Source: Raja brachyura (taxonomy: Eukaryota). Taken from it: a stretch of 64,000 nt of DNA. Positions 1 through 13,062 of the stretch are shown one piece after another. Made by a program: the position numbers and the translations under genes. Where the stretch lies: the NCBI GenBank assembly GCA_963514005.1, contig OY740797.1, forward strand, positions 24,676,001 to 24,740,000, given 5' to 3'. Position 1 is the stretch's first letter. The number at the start of each line of letters is the position of its first letter. A model generated the notes under the pieces. The model did no database searches, was not told where the DNA came from, and saw only the letters and a program-made list of their open reading frames with translations.

Positions 1-182
1 CATGGTCACCTATTGCTATTCTCAAGGACTCCCATCATCTTCTTTACCTCATCAACCCTATTAACTCCAGAGACCTCTCGATTTCCATACCGACCATCAA
101 CCCTATTTACACTCATCTTAGAATAACCTTTTCATTCCTTGCCACATTCATATACACTCACCGAATTTCTACCACACATCTA

Positions 183-351
183 TACACTGGGGATCAATTT
201 AAGTGGACAATTAACCTATCAACCCGCATGTCCTTGAGACGTGGTAGAAAACCACAGTGCCCAGTGCACACACCGCACAGTCAGCGCCCGAGGTCGGTAT
301 TGAACCCAGGTCCCTGGCGCTGTGAGCGAGGGTCTATACCAGCAACACTAC
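183..351 (-). mobile_element. Degenerate tRNA-derived V-SINE-like fragment
   Basis: The reverse complement resembles the other SINE copies in the window (B-box-like ggttcaatacc, taggttaattg tail region). Boundaries are approximate. Confidence 0.55.
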
Positions 352-984
352 TCATTGTGCAAATGGCAGAGACCTTGTGTTTTTCCTTTAGTCGCAAATA
401 TAACCTATTTACATAGGTTTTCAAACCTTAATTTTTGTCTGCGCTTGGATTGAGGAAATTTGCCAAATAAATACTTTGTCTGGAAGTCTGCCAACCTACC
501 TTTCTCTCCTCAGTCCTTTGTTAATAATATTTTTATTAGATGTAGTAATTTCCAAGTAGTAAAACAAATTTACATATACCAACGTAATTCAGTAAATGTA
601 CAACTATCATATTCGCTATTATTATCTTCTGTTTTTTAGAAATAAAGAAAGAATAGGAAAAAAGGAATAGACTTTAAATCGAAAAAAAAAAGAAAGAAAA
701 TGATTGTGTTTGAATAATAAAAAAAGATAAAAAGTCAAAGAAAAAAAAAAAAAAAGAAAAAGAAAACAAACACTACTTAGTATATATCTATTCAGTATAT
801 ATATATAATTCCCCTTTATGAACAATATATGGTATAATATGAATATTTAAGATAGAAACAACAAAATGTATTGTAATTATAACGTCGTATTGCGGAGACG
901 TGTACACAAAACCCAATTAGAAAATCCATATTTTTTTTCGTCAAATCCTGTCTAGTACCCATTGAGTAGTAATGCCAAGAACAG

Positions 985-3900
985 CTAGCCCTTCAAATAT
1001 TGTATATATGGAGACCATATTTGTTCAAAGATTTCACATTTGTCCATTAGGACAAATCTGATTCTTTCCAAATACAAAGTCTCCAACATCTCTGCTGTCC
1101 ACATTTTAATTATGGGGGTTAATGTTCCCTTCCAAAATTTCAATATTATTTTTTTCCCTATTATCAAACAGTAATCTAAGAAAATTCTTTGATTTACTGT
1201 TAATACGCTTTGTGTAGTAAACGGAATTCCTAATATTATTAACTTTGGTTCTGGATCCAGTTTAACTCTAAGAACTTCAGATATAACTCTAAAGATTTCT
1301 GTCCAATAATAACTAAGTTTTGAACACGTTACAAAACTATGTATTAAATTAGCCTCTAAATTCTGACATTTATCACAAATAGGAGAGACATTAGGAAAAA
1401 TTCTATTTAATTTGGTTTTTGAATAATGTAACCTATATAAAACTTTAAATTGTATCAATGTATGCCTCGCGTTTAATGAACAGCGATGTATGCGTTGTAA
1501 ACTTTCTTCCCAAGATTCTTTTGTTATAGATAAACCAATTTCATTTTCCCATGCTTGACGGTATATTTCTGTTGTTGGATTCTCCCTATCCAAAATAAGA
1601 TTATATATATAAGCTATAAATTTTTCTGAATTTGGATGTTTATTAAATACTTCATCTAATAATCCTGGTTCTTTAATTTTATAATCTTGTGTGTTAGACT
1701 TAATATAATCTCTAATTTGTAGATACCTAAACAAATTATGTGGTGGTAACCCATAAATTTCTTGTAACTCATGAAATAAAAGAAATTTTCCCTTTCTATA
1801 CAGATGTTCAATCCTATAAATTCCTAAATCCTCCCATTGTCTAAACCCCCTATCTAATATAGAGGGTTTAAATAAAGGGTTATTCATAATTGGTAGTTTA
1901 AGTGACAAATTATCCAAACATAAAGTCTTGACTATTTGTTTCCAAATACGTCTATTGCTATGAATTATAGGGTTGTTCCTATAAATTTTATTTTGTAATT
2001 CTCTTGGCGCAAAAAGAATTGAACTTACATTAAAAGGTAAACAATCTTCCTTTTCCATCTTTAACCACGTTGGTTCGTAATCCAAATTTACCCACCAAAA
2101 ATTCATATTCTTAATCTGGACTGCCCAAAAATAGTACAAAAAATTTGGAAGTGCTAATCCTCCATTTATTTTTGATTTACATAAATGTTTTTTACTTATT
2201 CTATGATTTTTATAATCCCAAATAAAACTATTGACAATGTTATCTATTTTTTTTTAAAAACTCTTTGGGAGATAGAAAGGAATAGCTTGAAACAAGTATA
2301 GCAGTTGTGGTAAAAAGATCATTTTTATAGCATTTATTCTACCAATCATAGATATAGGAAGTGTTTTCCAGTATAAAATATTTTTTCTAAGTTTATCTAA
2401 TAATAGGGGATAATTAGATTTAATTAATGAGTTATAGGATTTAGATACATTAATACCTAAATATTTAAATTTATCCGTAACTATTTTTAGTGGATATTGT
2501 TGCAATATATTTGATCTTATTCCGGTTATAGGCATAATCTCACTTTTATTCCAGTTAATTCTATATCCAGAAAATCTGCCAAATTTAGTTATAACATTAA
2601 ATAGCTTGGGTATACTGATCTCTGGTTTTGTAATATAAATTAATACATCATCTGCATATAAAGATATTTTATTAGTTGTAGTATCAGTATTATATCCATA
2701 TATTTCTGGTTCAGATCTAATCCTTTCAGCTAAAGGCTCTATCACCATAGCGAATAACAAAGGCGATAGCGGACATCCTTGTCTACAACCCCTATGAAGC
2801 TTAAATTTAGCTGACAATATTTGGTTAGTTAATATTCTTGCAGTGGGATTCGAATATAGAATTCTTATCCATTTACAAAATCTATCCCCCAATTGGAATT
2901 TCTCCATTATTCTAAATAAATATGGCCATTCAACCTGATCGAATGCTTTTTCTGCATCTAAGGACATAACAGCTAAATCCCTATCCCCAACTCTTTTTGA
3001 ATATATGATATTAAATAATCGTCTCAAATTATAAGATGAGTAACGCTTTGGGATAAAACCTGTTTGATCATGGTGTATTATTTTAGTAATCACCAAACTT
3101 AATCTTCGTGATAAAACTTTAGCTAAAATTTTTTGATCTGTATTTAAAAGAGCAATTGCTCTATATGATCCTGGGTCTTCCAAGTCCTTGTCAACCTTAG
3201 GAATTAGTGTAATTGTAGATTCATTTAGGGATTCCGGCAATTTTCCTTGTTCATATGTATATTTATACACTGCATGTAATCTTGGGGAGATCAGATCTTG
3301 AAATTTCTTATAAAATTCTGTACTCAGGCCATCCGGGCCCGCTGCTTTTCCATTATTTAATGATCCGATTGACTCCTCAATATCTTTTATTGATATATCC
3401 GCATTTAACAAGTCTCTACCTCCCTGATCTAAGCTGTTAATATTACATTTTTGTAGAAATGTATCCATTTCATCCATTTGTCCTGTTATTTTTGATGAAT
3501 AAAGACTTTGATAATATTGTAAAAATATATCATTGATATCTTTTGGTAAGGTCGATATATTGCCATTCTCAGATCTAATTCTATGTATCATTTTTTCGTC
3601 CTCTCGCTTTCTAAGTTGTCGAGCCAACAATTTTTGCGGTTTATCTCCAAATTCAAAGTGCACTTGTTTAGTTTGTTGATAAAGTTTAATTACTTGATTG
3701 GAATATATTTTATTTAGTTTATATTTTAATATTGCAATTTTATTACTTAACAATTTAGAGGGCTGTTTTGTATTCTCCATATCTAATTGTTTTATCTCTT
3801 TTTCCAAGTTTTGTTCCGTCTTTCTATTTTCTTTATTAAAGTATGCTTGTGCCGATATTATAGCTCCGCGCATAAATGCTTTAAATGTATCCCAAAGTAA

Positions 3901-4776
3901 TGATGGTGAAACTTCAGGTTTGTCATTAGTTTCAAAGAATAATTTAATCTGTTTTACCAGATAATCATAACAAGCCTTATCCTTTAATATTTCGGGATTA
4001 AACCTCCAATTATTAGATTTTATAATTATATCTTTTAATTTTATCTTAAAAGTTAATGGAGCGTGATCTGAAATAATAATATTATGATATTTTGAATCAT
4101 ATGTAAATGGAAGTAATTTTGAATCTATTAAAAAATAGTCTATCCTCGAGTAAGTTCCAAATACAGGTGAGAAAAATGAATATTCTCGTCCTATTGGATT
4201 ATCTATTCTCCAGATGTCCTTAACGTTTGCTGTACTAATAAAGGAATTTATAAGTATGCTTGACTTAGAAATAGATTTACTTTTTGTTGACGATCTATCT
4301 AAATAATTATCCAAAGTACAATTAAAATCTCCTCCAATTATTAAGTTATGTTCTGCAGCTATAGGGATATTATTAAATATTTTCTTAAAAAATAATGGGT
4401 TATCAAAGTTAGGGGCATATATATTCATTAGAGTTACTTTTTTAGAATATAATTCCCCTGTAATTATTACATACCGACCTTCTGTATCCTCTATTATAGA
4501 ACTTAATTTAAAAGGTATACCTTTACGGATGATTATTGCAACCCCTCTAGATTTATGTATAAATGAGGAGTGATACACTTTCGAAATCCATTTAGCTGTT
4601 AGTCTGTGTCGAGCATCTTTTTTAAGGTGGGTCTCTTGAAGAAAAGAGACGTCAGACTTCAATCTGTTTAATTGAGCTAACACCTTACCTCTTTTAATTG
4701 GCTCATTAACTCCCTTAACATTCCAACTACAGAAGGTGATTCCATTACCCCCAATCTTCCCATTAGTATCTTGCAT
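985..4776 (-). pseudogene. L1 ORF2p (APE endonuclease, reverse transcriptase, C-terminal CCHC), ~1263 codons, interrupted by one in-frame TAA at 2254-2256
   Basis: EN motifs SWNVKG, LQETH, GGDFN, RIDYFL and SDH. RT motifs GPDG, QTGF, LDAEKAFD, QGCPLSP, YADD and KYLG. Cys knuckle CDKC-x8-H-x4-C. The ORFs 2254-4833 and 985-2139 are in the same frame and read through as PKSF*KKIDNIVNSFIWDYKNHRISKKHLCKSKINGGLALPNFLYYFWA. Confidence 0.93.
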
Positions 4777-5418
4777 TTTACTATTAAGGTGGTTTATATT
4801 GGAATAACCGTCCCGGCCCGTACAACTCAACATTGTAACCAGACCTTGGGTTGACGAAAATTAGTGTACGTCTTTCTATTTCATATACACGTCTCTTTGA
4901 ACTGACTATATAATACCAATCGTAAATATTTTCATATACTGTATAATATAAAATCAAATATCTAATATACCTAAAATAATAAAAAGTGTGAGTGAAAGTG
5001 AGTTGAAAAGTGTTAGTAAAGTGCTCAGAAAAAAAAATAACTACACCTATATAGAGTGTAGTGTGTGTTAGTGCAAGCCACACTAACGTGGCTACTAATC
5101 TACTGACTTCCGTAAAAAAAAAAAGATGTTAATAATTCCAGCTCCAATCTTAAATGCTATATATTTTGGGGTAGGGTACTAAATTTGTATACTTAGTAAT
5201 AATTCATATTATTAGTGACTATTATAATTACTATTCTAATTAGTAATACTATGTTAGGGGGGGGTAGATAATACTATGTTAGGTGAATAATTGCCATTTT
5301 ATATGGGTAGATAACACAGTAATCTATCCATCTCTCTTTAAACCAAAATTTAAGTCCATGTCCAATATTCATCCTCCTTCTCCATGATGATTCATAACCG
5401 CGGATGGGTCATAAAAGT

Positions 5419-6504
5419 TCAGCCATCATCTTCTTGGTCTTGATCCACTTGTTCTTCTTCCTCTTCTGTTTCATTCTGTATTTTTCGGGCGAATTCCAGT
5501 GCTACAGTATGCTTAACGAAACGGAACTCTTTGTTGTTGTAGGTTACTCTTAATGTTGCTGGGTACATCAAGCCATATCTCAGATCCTTCGTATGCTTCA
5601 GATTCCTCAGAACACCTCTTGTTTCTGTGAATAAGGATCTTCTCTTGGCCACTTCCGCCGGATAATCTCTGAAGATACTGATATTATCTCCTTCATACTT
5701 AAAATTTTTCTTGCGTATTATTATCTTCATCATTTCTTCAAAAGCATGATCGTAAACCACCTTTACAATCATTTGTCTTGGGGGTGCATCCCTCCTGGGA
5801 GCCCGCCTTAATGCCCTGTGTGCACGGCCCAACAGGGGTTCTTGATCCAGATTCAAAATATCCTTCAGTAGTTTTGCAGCAAATTTTCGAGGGTCTTGAT
5901 TTCCCTCGCGACCCTCGCTCAAACCAACTATACGCAAATTCTTACGCCGTTGACGTCCCTCCAGATCGATACATTTCTCATTTATTTTGCGTAATAATTC
6001 TGATAGACGTTTGTTCTCGGAGTGGAGTTTCTCTCTCTCCTTGGTGTTTAATACAGCCATCTCCGTTAGCTCTTTAATTGTCTCTTTTTGTTGGTCGAGC
6101 GTAATTATAATAGGATCAATCTTATCATCCAGCATTCTTTCCATACCAGCAGCTGCGTCTTTTATCTCCACCATTTGTTTTTGTAACTCAGCATCAGCCT
6201 TTTCTTTCCACTCGTTCATCATAATTTTTACCGTTTCTATAACTTCATTTTTTAAATCTTCTTTAATTCTTTCATGAAACACTAGAATATCAGCCCTTAA
6301 ATTTTTAATATCCTCTTTATAATCCTTCTTATTATCTTTAAGTAATTTCTTCATCTCACCTAGGATATTAACTTTGAGGTCCTCCAGTTCAGCTTTCCTC
6401 TGTGAAATCTCTTCTTGGGAAGCAGCCAGACTCGAGCCCAGGGCACCAGTCGGGCCTATTTCCCTTTTTCCAGGTTTTTTTCCGGGGGGGGAGCGAGACA
6501 TCAT
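5419..6504 (-). CDS. L1 ORF1p (coiled coil, RRM, CTD)
   Basis: Open 361-aa ORF with a heptad-rich N-terminal half, LEGRQRRKNLRIVGL, AHRAL, ISIFRDYPAEV and YGLMYPATLRV, typical of L1 ORF1p. Confidence 0.93.
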   Translation of the reverse strand: MMSRSPPGKKPGKREIGPTGALGSSLAASQEEISQRKAELEDLKVNILGEMKKLLKDNKKDYKEDIKNLRADILVFHERIKEDLKNEVIETVKIMMNEWKEKADAELQKQMVEIKDAAAGMERMLDDKIDPIIITLDQQKETIKELTEMAVLNTKEREKLHSENKRLSELLRKINEKCIDLEGRQRRKNLRIVGLSEGREGNQDPRKFAAKLLKDILNLDQEPLLGRAHRALRRAPRRDAPPRQMIVKVVYDHAFEEMMKIIIRKKNFKYEGDNISIFRDYPAEVAKRRSLFTETRGVLRNLKHTKDLRYGLMYPATLRVTYNNKEFRFVKHTVALEFARKIQNETEEEEEQVDQDQEDDG

Positions 6505-6687
6505 TTTCTTGAAAAAGTCGCGCGCCTGATGACGTCACGGACCTTTTAAACGCTACCGGAGCCGTTCCCAGTCGTTCTCCCGCGGTGAGTACGGTTGACT
6601 GACCCCTAGACCCCCGTTTTTTATACAATTTTTAGTGGAGCTGTAATGGCGCGACTCCACTCACACCATGGCGCCAACCGGAAGTCC
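6505..6687 (-). promoter_or_regulatory. L1 5'UTR internal promoter candidate
   Basis: A CpG-containing segment at the 5' end of an otherwise AT-rich element. It has an ETS-like CCGGAAGT at 6678-6685, an adjacent YY1-like GCCAT core and a CRE palindrome TGACGTCA at 6530-6537. Function is inferred from the internal-promoter biology of L1. Confidence 0.5.
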
Positions 6688-6751
6688 CTCCTCAGTCCTT
6701 TGTATTGAACACCTAAAGGCATTCCTTTCTCGGCCCAGCCCGGCTGCTCAG

Positions 6752-7037
6752 TAGTTTAGTTAAGAGATACAGAGATCCTTCGGCCCTTCAAGTCTACATC
6801 GACCAGCGATTCTCGTACACTAACACCATCCCACACATTAGCGACAATTTACAATTTCTACTGAAGCTAATTAACCTACAAACCTGTACATCTTTGGAGT
6901 GAGAAACCAGAGTACCTGGAGAAAACTCATGCGGTCACATGGAGCATGTACAAACTCCGTACAGGCAGTACCCGTAGTCAGGATCGAACCTGGGTCACTG
7001 ATGCTGTAAGGCAGCAATGCTACTGCTGTGCCACCAC
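6752..7037 (-). mobile_element. V-SINE-like tRNA-derived SINE
   Basis: The minus strand shows a tRNA-like head (gtggcacagcagtag...ggttcgatcc), a central V-domain-like block and a (ctaaa)-type tail. Confidence 0.75.
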
Positions 7038-9867
7038 GTCGTAACTGCACTCCACACTGAACAAGTCCCTCTCTCGCATCTCCCTGACTACTGTCTAAGG
7101 GAAACAACCCCATTACTTTACTGCTACAGAGATGGGAATACCTGCTCAGACGATTCCTTGATTTCATACACTGAACTGTTTGGTGGTTTTAATTTACTCC
7201 CCGTTCAGTTTCTTGCCTTCGAAATGGAGGCTGCACCCACAGACCAGTGTCCACTCCCTCACCCCCTCCAACAACTCTCGAATTCCCCCTCTTTCAACTG
7301 CTTCCCCACCTCCTACATCCCCTTGATTCTTCACATTCCTTTCTTTGTGCTCTATTGTAACACAGTTTCTCTGATCCTCCGCAGCCTAACTTCTTCTGAG
7401 TTATGCGCTGTTCCTTCTGCGCAGCTGTTTGCTCCCATCCCTCAGTGTCAGAACTCTACCCTGAAAGCCATTTTAAACATGTCCAGTGATTTGTTTCATA
7501 ACCAAAGAATTAGCACGCATTGCATTACAATGTCCCCTCTGCACTGTCAACCGTGTGTGCTTTCAATTCCCATACAGACCAGTATCCTTTCTGGCACTAG
7601 CCAGACTGCAATAAGGAAGTGCTGCTCTAATGGAAACAGTGCAGTTTGGACAGTACTTTAAATTTACCCTCTCGGGAGTGCACAAAGGCTTCTGTAATAC
7701 AACGTCAAGTAAACTGTGGGGATTGTCCCTAGGAGCAGGTATCAGGTAACGTATCACATTATCCTTTACAAATAGATTGCTATGATTATGATACAAAATT
7801 GTCATGTCTTCAATAGGCAGTATTAATTCAAAAGTATTATTTGTAGCACTGTTTATGTGTTCATTGGCAATATTCATTGCAATGCTAGTTGCCGTATTAA
7901 TCTTAATCTTCACTGTCGTACCTACTTTTATCACCATATCTATGCTATGGCAATGCATTCCAGATAAACACCATTATCTGTGTAAAGGAGAAGAAAGGGG
8001 AAGAGCTGGTTGGGGAGGAGGAGGAAGAGGAGAGGGAGTGCAGAGATCATAAGTGCAGAAAATTGTGGAAATTGTCAGGTTATATCTTCTTGAATTGGAA
8101 CAAATTATAATGGCATCAATCAAATGAGGACCAGGATGACAGAGAGAGGTGTTAGACAGCGGAAAACCCTTCTGTTTATGGAATTCCATAGACACGGGAC
8201 ATTGTTCACTGCCTGCTTTTGTCCATCTCACGTTAATAGATCTTTTCTCCTCTATTTAATTCCACCATGATTGTGTGAATAATGATTATCTTTAGAATCA
8301 GATGTTCAAACACTGACCTTAGTGGGGACAAAAATTTCCAATGACGAAATTCAGAAACTGAAGATGTTGTTTTGCTCATTCAGTGAGATGCATTGCAAAA
8401 CCTGACCATTAACTGAGGGAAGGTAATGGAAACTTATTTAATTAGAAATGACAGCTTTTTTTAATCTAACAGATCTAGATGCAATTACTCATTGGCACCA
8501 AGCACCTTTTGGAGCCGCAAAGATGCGGTTGCACAGACAGGTTTGGCCATTTCTTAAAAATACTGTTTTGCAACTGCTTTCTGCAGAAATGGGGCTAGAT
8601 AACAAAGTGTGAGGGTGTATTGCAAGTCTCAGGCCAGAGTCTAGTCCAATAAGTGCCTGTTCCAAAGGAAACATTTGTGGTTTGCAGGCCAGACTGATAT
8701 CGTGCATTTATCTTTCAAATGAATGCAGGTTGATGTGTGGTTAATTAGTTCATAGTTTAGCACATTGTTCTGCAATTTGTGCGAGTAAACAACATGACCC
8801 CAAGCACCTTCTATTTTTGGAAAGAACAGAAAATATTATGTGAAATGGAGAAAAGCAATATTTCTGAGCCATTCTCCTTCATTTAATAAAAAATACCCCA
8901 CAAGCACTGGAGTAAGTGATACAGCTCCTACTGATTGAGATAGGTAAAATTAGATGGTCCATGCTAAAAAATATTATGTCCTCAGTTAGTGTTCTCTGTA
9001 TATATATTTATTTTGCCTTAGTTACCGTCTTTATTTAATTGGATAACACATTTCCAAGAATGAGACAAAAGCTGGGATATGCCTGAAGGATTCTATGGGT
9101 TATTTATAATACAACACATTGCCAGAAAAATATGGAGCAGAAATCAGATGGTTTGCATGTGAAAGAACCAGCTGATTGACATGTGGTAACATTGGCGCTG
9201 AAGCAAGTTGTTAAAATGGAAGTTTCTCTGTCTTTGCCTCCTGCTCTGTCACACATTAGGGGTGAAAGGGGATTGCATTTTCCTTGGAATTTGGCCCCAG
9301 GAGAAATCAGTGACTTGAAAAGATGCCAAGAACAAGCTTGTTGAGAATGCAGTGTTGGACCTTGCAAACATTTGAGACATAGTCCCAGTTTGATCTCATT
9401 GATTATAACTCCCTGGCCTTTTGGCCAATTCAAGGCAGCTGTTCAAACAAATGGTCATCACTCCACAGGCCACGTAGAAGATCAGCAGTAGGAAGTGCAA
9501 GACAGCAGCAGCCATTCCCTTTTGAAATATAATCTCTCTGTCTGTCTGTCAATAACTCAACCTGCACAAAGGAAGTTTTGGCATATTTACCTGATTGTTG
9601 TTGTGCAAGTTTGCATCAATTTACTAACATGTTTCTTCGTGGTAATAGTAAAGATTCTTCACAAATACTCATTTTATCTTGGGCAAATATGCAAACAACA
9701 TAGAGTCATAGAGTAATACAACATGGAATCATGCCCTTCACTCAAATTGCATATGCAAACCAAGATGCCCCATCTATGCTAGTCCCACCTGCACGCATTT
9801 GGCCCATATCTTTCTAAACCTTTCCTAACTATATATCTGTCCAAATGACTTTTAAAATGTTTTGGGT

Positions 9868-10160
9868 GCAGCACAGTGATGCAGTGGTAGAGCTGCTGCC
9901 TGAAAGTGCCAGAAACACAGGCCCGATCCTGACTCAGTGCGGGGTTTGTACTTCCACCCTGTACCTGCGTGGGTTTTCTCCGGGTGCTCCGGTTTCCTCC
10001 CACATTCCCAAGATGTGCAGGCTTGTAGGTTATTTGCTCCAGAGTAAATAGTAAATTATCCCAAGTTTGCAAGATAGTGCTTGTGTGATCGCTGGTCAGT
10101 GCGGACTAGGTGCTCTGAAGGGCCTGTTTCCGTGGTGTATGTCCAAACCAAAGTAAACTA
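9868..10160 (+). mobile_element. V-SINE-like SINE inserted in a CR1 3' fragment
   Basis: Head gcagcacagtgatgcagtggtagag, core tgggttttctccgggtgctccggtttcctcccaca and tail aaaccaaagtaaacta. CR1 3'-UTR-like sequence resumes on both sides. Confidence 0.75.
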
Positions 10161-11182
10161 TAGTAAAATGCCAAAACTACCTTCTCTGGCAGCTTCTGCC
10201 ATTTACCCATCACTCTGTGTGTGAGGAAGTTGCCCATGAGGTTCCCATTACATCTATCCCCCTCACCTTAATCATGTCTTTCATACTTCAACTTCTTCAT
10301 CAAAAAAATGTTAAACTGTGACTCAATATTGCATCAAAGCGCTGAAGATGGGTCATAAAATCCTCGGATTGAAATGAGCAGGAGGAAGTAGGGATACCAG
10401 CTGGGGATAGTTGGGTCACCAGAACATTGTTTTACAGAACATTGAACAGTACAGCAGAGGTACAGGCCCTTCAACCTACAATATCGGTGCCGAACATGAT
10501 GCCAGGTTAAACTAAACCACTTAGCCTGCATGCGATTCAAATCCATTCCATGCATATCCATGTGCTTATCTAAAAGCCTCTTAAATGCCACTATCATATC
10601 TGCTTCCACTACCATCTCAGGTAGTTTGTTCCATATACTCATCACTCTCTGTGCAAAATACTTGCCCCACACATCCCTTTTAAACATTATACCATCATAT
10701 TAAAGCCATGTCATCTAGTCTTTGATATTTCCATCCCGAGAAAAAGGTTCTGACTGCCTATCCGGGGTGGAAGATTGCAACCTTCATGTGGTCCGCCCTG
10801 TTTCGACTAATACAATCAACACGGCGTGTGGCGTGCATTGCCTATCCTATCTGTGCTATCATAATTTTATATACCTTTATCAGGTCTCCCCATTCTTTCC
10901 AAAGCTTCAAAGAAAACAATATAAATGTATTCCTCTGTTTATAACTAATAAATACCTTCTAATCCAGGCAATATTCTGATAAACGTCTTCTGCACCTTCT
11001 AAAAGGCTCCTGCTTTGAACAGAACTTCAGTGCTGGAATGCCATTTGCCCCGCCAGTCTTGGGTGCACCTGTATCAATGCTGGCAGCTGTAATATTGGTC
11101 TTCCTGAGAGTGAATCCGCAGAAATTAACTGGTCGGGACGGAATCGCTGTCAATCACCAGCTTTGCCTTCCCCACCGGCGAA

Positions 11183-11560
11183 GAGATGTATCACAGTCAT
11201 TGCCTCAAAAAGGCAGCCAAAGTCATCAAAGACCCACACCATTCAGGCCACACACTTGTTTCATCATTGCCATCAGGAAGAAGATACAGGAGCCTGAGAA
11301 CTGTAACATCCAGGTTCAGGAACAACTTCTTCCCTACAGCCATCAGGCTATTAAACACAACAGCGAATAAGATCTGAGCTCTGAACTGCAAAAGACTATA
11401 TTATTATTACAGTACATTTGTTATTTATTGAACTTTATTTTTTTTCTCTCCCCCGTTATGTACTATGTTTACATATTCACATTTTCTGTTGTGCTGCAGC
11501 AAGTAAGAATTTCATTGTCCCATCTGGGACATATGACAATAAAACACTCTTGAATCTTGA
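11183..11560 (+). mobile_element. Rex1/Babar-like LINE 3' fragment
   Basis: Translates to DPHHSGHTLVSSLPSGRRYRSLRTVTSRFRNNFFPTAIRLLN, a typical Rex1-type RT C-terminus. The tail is aataaaacactcttgaatcttgaa. Confidence 0.7.
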
Positions 11561-13062
11561 ATATCCTGCTGTCTACTTCATTTGGTGCTCTCAGTGTCAC
11601 TTCCTTTCCATTGGCAAGACCAAACATAAACTAGTCAACAGTTTCACTGAATACTTGCACTGAGGCCTGCTGGATCTCCTTGTTCCCAATCATTTTAGCT
11701 CTCCTTCCCATGCACATACATACCTTTTTGAACTTGGTTTCTTACATTGGCTCCATTTGTGGTGATATTTCTCCAGCTCTTGTGTTTTGTACACAAACTG
11801 AAGAAATACCACCACAAATTCCACGGGTAGCTTACAATCAAATGGTATGAACTGAGTTTTCTAACTTCCAGTAATAACTGCCTTTTAGATTCTTTTTCAT
11901 TCCTTGTTTCTCACCGCCATTGTACTGCACTCCCAATTCTCCCACTGTATCCCACCTCCCCCAAGTTACCTTGCTCCTTTCCCCTCTGTATACGCATCTC
12001 CCATCCCCGAGTCATCACTCTTGTACTCTGCATATAGGCAAATTCTCTGTGAGAATCATTCTCGCAGAGAATAATTGATGTGAATTTCTGACAAGCAACA
12101 TTTAGCATCAGAATGTAATGTTTGGATCACATTTTACATTCACTCTTGTAGAGGGATGGAGTTATCTATTAATCAATAACTCAGCAGTCTATGGCCTGTA
12201 CCTACACACAGCTCAGGCCTCCCTGAACCTTCACTCCCTGGGTGCGCGCACGGTCATGATGCCATATGCTCTGCACAGGGTGAAGCTACTTCCATCATCG
12301 TGCCAGAATAATTTGGTGTAACTTGTGATCTGCAGTGATGTCAGTAAAGCCTCCCTATGATGCTAAGCATGTCAGTGTCTGTGTGACCTCCGTTGCATGG
12401 CCAAAACAACCTGGACAGAGTCCATGGTCAGAGCTCTGCCCATGGCAGGTGGCCTTTCCAGGTGCTTGGAAACTCAGCCCCAGGTACATTGTTTCTCGGA
12501 GACATGGAGTTCGGTCTGCTACTTCTGGGGGGGATGGGAAGCCCTCCTCACCAGAGGTTGTCTTTGCCTCTATCCAGCATCTCCCTATATGGAAGCCTGT
12601 CCTCAGAGTCTCTCCTGAACTCAGTGAAGATAAAACTACTAAATACATCAAGCTGTGCCTCAGTGACAAATCCCAATGTCTGTGCTAGGAAGAGGAAATG
12701 CTGCATCCACTCAGCAAGCCTGAGGAGGGCCAGTGGGTCATGTTACATGATAAAGCATCTTTCAGTTCTGATGAAAGGCCACTTTAACTTTTAATGCTTG
12801 CATGGCAAGAGGGACATAATTGAGGGTGGAACTTGTGTTGCTCTGCTAGAGAGTTGGTCTGGACATGATGGGCCAAATGCCCCCCTCTGCTGTAATCAAC
12901 CACAATTGTCATGTGGCCTGCCCAACACCGGCAACATTTCCTGTGTTTATTTCAGATTCCAGCACCCCTCTATATTTCACTTCAGTCTTACAATCTGACT
13001 TTAGTCTGCCTAAAGATAACAATTAAATATGCCAGTGAAATTGGTCACCGTGATGTATCTGG

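Larger units (their letters stand above)
522..6687 (-). mobile_element. Full-length L1-clade LINE (5'UTR, ORF1, ~640-bp spacer, ORF2, 3'UTR)
   Basis: Two ORFs carry L1 motifs. The element is flanked by a perfect 16-bp direct repeat ctcctcagtcctttgt at 506-521 and 6688-6703 (TSD). An AATAAA lies near the 3' end on the minus strand. The element is much more AT-rich than its flanks. Confidence 0.96.

Noticed and set aside
7017-7661. 214-aa ORF
   Set aside because: It starts inside a SINE, has low-complexity pyrimidine-rich codons and shows no recognisable domain or splice structure.
9868-9940. tRNA genes
   Set aside because: The tRNA-like A/B boxes are SINE heads that continue into V-domain and tail sequence and do not form full cloverleaves.
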